64,000 nt of DNA from Negativicutes bacterium (GTDB taxonomy: Bacteria > Bacillota > Negativicutes > UBA1444). The position numbers were made by a program, and so were the translations under genes. Shown piece by piece: positions 60,112 through 64,000 of the stretch. The DNA is taken from positions 608,001 through 672,000 of the forward strand of contig CAXXIN010000007.1 in the NCBI GenBank assembly GCA_963665275.2, written 5' to 3'. Position 1 is the first letter of the stretch, and every line of letters starts with the position of its first letter. The notes beneath the pieces were generated by a model. That model saw nothing but the letters and a program-made list of their open reading frames with translations. It made no database searches and was not told where the DNA came from.

Positions 60112-61517
60112 CAGCTCACCATATTGATGACAGTTTGCATCATGTCATCAGACACAGTAATCAGTTTGCTTGCCGCCTGATACGCCCGCTCCGCTACCAT
60201 CATCTCCGCGAATTGAGATGATAAGTCCACATTCGATGCTTCCAGCGCCCCGGCGGTCAGGGAACCCGTACCTCCACTTCCTGCGACCACTGCGCCATCG
60301 TACGAACCGGAATTCGCACTTGCGGCATACAGACTGGTCCCGACTTTATCGAGACCACCGGCATTGTTGAAACTAGCCAACCCGATCTGAGCCAGCACCT
60401 GTGTTTGATTATTACTGTAGACCCCGGTAATCGTACCATCGGAGCCGATAGAGTAACTCGACAGAGTACCGCTTGCGTACCCGTCGCTGGAATCTACGGC
60501 AATAGAACCCTCCGTATAGAGACTAACGGCAGAAACATCCATGGAAACTGTGAAATCATCGATGTTAACCAGCTTGTTGCCACTGGCGTCCGTAGCGGCT
60601 GCCATGCTGATGTCATAGGTCTTAGAAAAAGTATAAGTTTCAGGAGTTGATCCCGTTACTGTCGGATCCGAACTGTAATAAGTCCCTGTCAGCAATTTCC
60701 CCGTTGAGTCAAATGCCAGATAGCCGCTGCCGGAAGCGTTGACATTATCGGCTGAATCAGACGCCTCCCAATATACGGTCGTAACAGTCGTTGCCGTGCC
60801 ATCCTCGTCATAAACTGCAGCTGAATAGCATTTTGTAAAATCCACATCCACATCATATTCATTGCCGAGCGCATCATACACCGATATCGTGGCCGAAGTG
60901 TCCGCGTCCAAATCAGTTGTAGCGCCGATATCAAAAACACTGTCCCCCTGCGCCTCTGCCGTCGAATCCAGTGTGCCATCCATCGTCGCCGTGGTTGTTT
61001 TTTCAGGCGCGATCACCTGCTTGCTGGATCCGTCGGCATTATAAAAAAGATTAATGCCTGAAACCGCGGCCTCCGTATCGATCACCTGATCCGCATCCGG
61101 TTCCCAACCGCAGACTTTATATCCGTTCACATTCAGGTTCCCCTCCGCATCCACGCCGAAATTACCGGCCCGCGTGAAATAGTAACTTCCTGTGGTGTCG
61201 CCTTCCACAATGAAGTACCCGCCCCCGTTGATCGCCACATCAGTGTCGACTCCGGTACTGGTAATGCTGCCACTCGTCACATTTGTCGATATTGCGGCCA
61301 CGGATACGCCGAGGCCGATCTGCTTGGCATTGGTGCCGCCGGTGTTGGAAGTTGTGCTTGCTCCCGAAGACGAGCTAAGGGTCTGACTAAGCAAATCAGA
61401 AAAAGTGGCGGTCTGACTTTTATAGGCCACGGTGCTCACATTGGCTAAGTTGTTCCCGATGACATCCAGTTTGGTCTGTTGCGCGTTCAGCGCCGTTAGT
61501 GCCGCATAAACCGACAT
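60111..61517 (-). CDS. flgE: Flagellar hook protein
   Basis: DVIGNNLANV.T.AYK, D.AI.G.GYF, TRAGNF, YDALG, LEASNVDL..QF..M...RAYQA. Confidence 0.93.
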   Translation of the reverse strand: MSVYAALTALNAQQTKLDVIGNNLANVSTVAYKSQTATFSDLLSQTLSSSSGASTTSNTGGTNAKQIGLGVSVAAISTNVTSGSITSTGVDTDVAINGGGYFIVEGDTTGSYYFTRAGNFGVDAEGNLNVNGYKVCGWEPDADQVIDTEAAVSGINLFYNADGSSKQVIAPEKTTTATMDGTLDSTAEAQGDSVFDIGATTDLDADTSATISVYDALGNEYDVDVDFTKCYSAAVYDEDGTATTVTTVYWEASDSADNVNASGSGYLAFDSTGKLLTGTYYSSDPTVTGSTPETYTFSKTYDISMAAATDASGNKLVNIDDFTVSMDVSAVSLYTEGSIAVDSSDGYASGTLSSYSIGSDGTITGVYSNNQTQVLAQIGLASFNNAGGLDKVGTSLYAASANSGSYDGAVVAGSGGTGSLTAGALEASNVDLSSQFAEMMVAERAYQAASKLITVSDDMMQTVINMVS

Positions 61518-61628
61518 CTTTCTTCATCCTCCCGACAACTCTATTTCCTTATTGATTTCCGAAACAGAAGCCGGCCTCCCTGTAAGGGTCCAGCCGAGTT
61601 CTCGGTATCCCTTGTTTTGACGAACACT

Positions 61629-62045
61629 TTAAGTTGCCGTCCCGTTGACGGAGGTAATGTCGCTATAACTTACCGACGTACTGCCGATCGTAAGAGAAGC
61701 TTTCCCGCTGCTGACAGTCACCGCCGACACCGTTCCGCTGCCCGTGGTCGTCGTTCCTGAGTCATCTGTAGTGCTGTAGGATACATCCTGTCCTATCAGA
61801 CTAAAGGCCGAAGTTGCTTCTGCTGTGCTGCTCATGGAGGATAGCTGTTCGAGTGTGCTCATCTGCGCCAATTGAGAAACCAGTTCCGTGTTTTCTACCG
61901 GATTCGTCGGGTCCTGATTTTGCAATTGTGCGCACAGAAGCGTAATGAAGGATTCAAAACTGGCCAGACTGCTAGTGGCTGTAGTGCTGCTAAGAGTGCT
62001 GGACGAGGCCGTAACCGTACCTGTACTTGAAATGCTTGTACTCAC
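61629..62045 (-). CDS. flgD: Flagellar hook capping protein
   Basis: F.TLL.AQLQNQDPTNP....E.VSQLAQ.S.LEQ; GTG 62045 after AAGGAG. Confidence 0.92.
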   Translation of the reverse strand: MSTSISSTGTVTASSSTLSSTTATSSLASFESFITLLCAQLQNQDPTNPVENTELVSQLAQMSTLEQLSSMSSTAEATSAFSLIGQDVSYSTTDDSGTTTTGSGTVSAVTVSSGKASLTIGSTSVSYSDITSVNGTAT

Positions 62046-62401
62046 CTTACTCACTCCTTATCTTTTTCGCTCTTGTTTTTTGGAGGATCAGTCATGCTTT
62101 CCCGATGACTATAACTTTCAGATATTTTTCTTCATTTGGTATTTCCACATCTCATATTAGATTTTTGTTTGATTATTTGCTGGAATAGATTTATATTCTC
62201 TTTGAAAATAAAAATATGCTCCGCAATAAGACCCAAAGCCCTATTCTACAGCTTGTTCTCGAACATTATAAATTTTGAATGATTTTTTCATAGCTAATAA
62301 AAATTAAATGATTTTCTAATATATTCCCCCTATAATTCAAATGGAAAGCTAAGATGGCAAATTTTACTACATGGACGTAGCCACACTTGGGGGAGACTCT
62401 C

Positions 62402-63058
62402 GTGAAACTTCTTTTGGCGGAAGACGAGCCGAAACTTGCCAGTGCCTTGTCTTATCTGATGAAGAAAAACGGATACATCGCCGATGTTGCTTCCAATGGA
62501 GAAACGGCCCTGGAAATGGCTGCTACCGGAGTCCATGACATGTTAGTTTTAGACCGGGCATTGCCGCTCCGTGATGGGCTATCGGTTCTCAAAGAATACC
62601 GGTCTTTGGGTTTTGATAACCCAGTCCTCTTTCTGACCGCCCTCGACTCCCTTCAGGATCGCGTCGAAGGCTTGGATGCCGGCGCTGACGATTATATGGT
62701 CAAACCCTTTTCGTCGAACGAGTTACTCGCACGAATGCGCGCTCTGACCCGCCGAATTGCTCCTGCAGATAAAATCAATTTTGTTATGGCGGCTGGCATC
62801 ATCCTTGATCCTTCACGCAGTGAAGCAAAAATCAGTGATTCCTGGATAAAACTGACGGTGAAAGAATCTATGATTTTGGAATTGTTGATGCGCAACTTTG
62901 GGCAAGTCATCCCGACTGATCGTATCCTGGAAAAAGTTTGGGGAGAACAGTCCGCCGTATATCGGCCTTATGTACACTTGTACATTCATTATCTGCGAAA
63001 AAAGCTCCCAGCCATTTGTTTAAAAACCATTCACGATGTTGGCTATTCTCTGCAATAA
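62402..63058 (+). CDS. Orphan OmpR-family response regulator (RR3), paralog of RR1
   Basis: GTG 62402; LLAEDE, VLDR, GADDYMVKPF, LTVKES..LELLMRN.GQVI and V.LYIHYLRKKLP shared with RR1. Confidence 0.93.
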   Translation: MKLLLAEDEPKLASALSYLMKKNGYIADVASNGETALEMAATGVHDMLVLDRALPLRDGLSVLKEYRSLGFDNPVLFLTALDSLQDRVEGLDAGADDYMVKPFSSNELLARMRALTRRIAPADKINFVMAAGIILDPSRSEAKISDSWIKLTVKESMILELLMRNFGQVIPTDRILEKVWGEQSAVYRPYVHLYIHYLRKKLPAICLKTIHDVGYSLQ

Positions 63059-63081
63059 TCATTCACCGAACCGCGTGTGCC

Positions 63082-63111
63082 GCGCAGAATTTTTTCTGCG
63101 CATTTTTTTTT
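63082..63111 (+). terminator. Intrinsic terminator of RR3
   Basis: GCGCAGAA/TTCTGCGC stem plus T9. Confidence 0.8.
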
Positions 63112-63286
63112 ACCACCAATATTTTTTGATAAAAATTTTTATGGGTATTCGATTTCAAATATTCTTCTAATTTTTTACATCGAACAAATAATTAGCCGGG
63201 GAAGGTTGAGGTGATTCCAGTGAACTAAGCAGCAGAAAACACCAGGGTAAGCCACCGACTCATGAGCTGGGGTAAGCTCAAAAAGG

Positions 63287-63322
63287 GGAGTAAGGATACT
63301 CCACCTAAAAATTCAAGGAGGA
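63287..63322 (+). promoter_or_regulatory. CsrA-type binding sites in the flagellin leader
   Basis: Hairpin GGAGTA-AGGA-TACTCC, and ATTCAAGGAGG over the SD, as in Bacillota hag leaders. Confidence 0.7.
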
Positions 63323-63329
63323 AAAAATC

Positions 63330-64000
63330 ATGATTATCAATCACAACATGGCGTCTTTGAACACATTGAACTCCTTAAACGCCAACAGTACGACCATGCA
63401 GAAATCCTTAGCCAAACTGTCTTCCGGTCTGCGGATCAACAGTGCAGCCGATGATGCTGCCGGACTCGCGATTTCAGAAAAAATGCGCGGTCAGATCAGC
63501 GGCCTCGACACCGCCAGTTCCAACGCCCAGAATGGTATATCGCTCCTGCAGACAGCGGAAGGTGCGCTCGATGAAACCACCAGCATTCTACAACGTATGC
63601 GTGAGTTGGCGGTAGAATCTGCTAGCGATACCATTACCGACGATGATCGAGATGATATCCAGTCTGAGTTCTCGGAACTAACCGAAGAAATTGACCGAAT
63701 TGCCTCTACCACGCAATTCAACACCAAAAACCTGCTCGACGGCTCGATGAGTAGTGATAATACCACCGTTACTGCGAACGTATCTGAAAACACTTCTTTC
63801 GCATCTGCAACCACATCCGGCACTCTCGCGACCGCTTTGACGGACTCCAGCGGCAATTCGTTGGGAATTACCGAAGGCGATACCATTTCACTCAGTTATG
63901 TCAAAGATGGTGCTCTGCAAACGACCTCATTCACAGTCACTTCCGCTACCACCGTTGCAGATCTCGATACAGGAGATTTTGCAATAACAACCGCTACGAC
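63330..64000 (+). CDS. fliC: Flagellin (5' part; runs off the window end)
   Basis: Hand translation MIINHNMASLN...KLSSGLRINSAADDAAGLAISEKMRGQI...QTAEGAL.E...ILQRMRELAV...FNTKNLLDGS. Confidence 0.97.
   Translation, partial: MIINHNMASLNTLNSLNANSTTMQKSLAKLSSGLRINSAADDAAGLAISEKMRGQISGLDTASSNAQNGISLLQTAEGALDETTSILQRMRELAVESASDTITDDDRDDIQSEFSELTEEIDRIASTTQFNTKNLLDGSMSSDNTTVTANVSENTSFASATTSGTLATALTDSSGNSLGITEGDTISLSYVKDGALQTTSFTVTSATTVADLDTGDFAITTAT

Noticed and set aside
63491-63886. 131-aa minus-strand ORF
   Set aside because: Antisense shadow of flagellin.

Overview
Chromosomal window of a ~50% GC Bacillota genome, most consistent with a Negativicutes (Sporomusaceae-like) anaerobe (inference from gene content, S-box, HisR, LexA and sigma-H-type signals). 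Left part: ligA-pcrA; a LexA-boxed operon (radical SAM/HhH, DUF4130, ttcA, HD-GYP sensor); recQ; a his operon with a HisR box; SAM-I riboswitch-metNIQ; an orphan promoter-to-terminator structured transcript (candidate ncRNA); znuACB-zur; oppA. Middle: a BmrR-type MerR-activated buk-ptb-Mpv17-like-iorAB operon, bfr, thiDME and a signal-peptide-bearing PheA-type dehydratase. Right part: two two-component systems with proline-rich sensors, an orphan paralogous response regulator, a MacAB/YknXYZ-like exporter and a stand-alone set of exported flagellar genes (flgD-flgE-flgK-flgK-flgL-fliD plus flagellin). These flagellar proteins are strongly acidic, Ser/Thr-rich and have lost normally conserved prolines. 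A shared WWYWAA-N5-WTCWAA direct-repeat box lies in front of both paralogous regulators, flgD, flagellin and a novel repeat protein, suggesting an undescribed regulon that switches on an alternative flagellar exterior. Homopolymer frameshifts at 28.7-33 kb look like sequencing errors. No rRNA, tRNA, CRISPR or mobile element was recognised. All motif calls were made by eye; no database searches were run.
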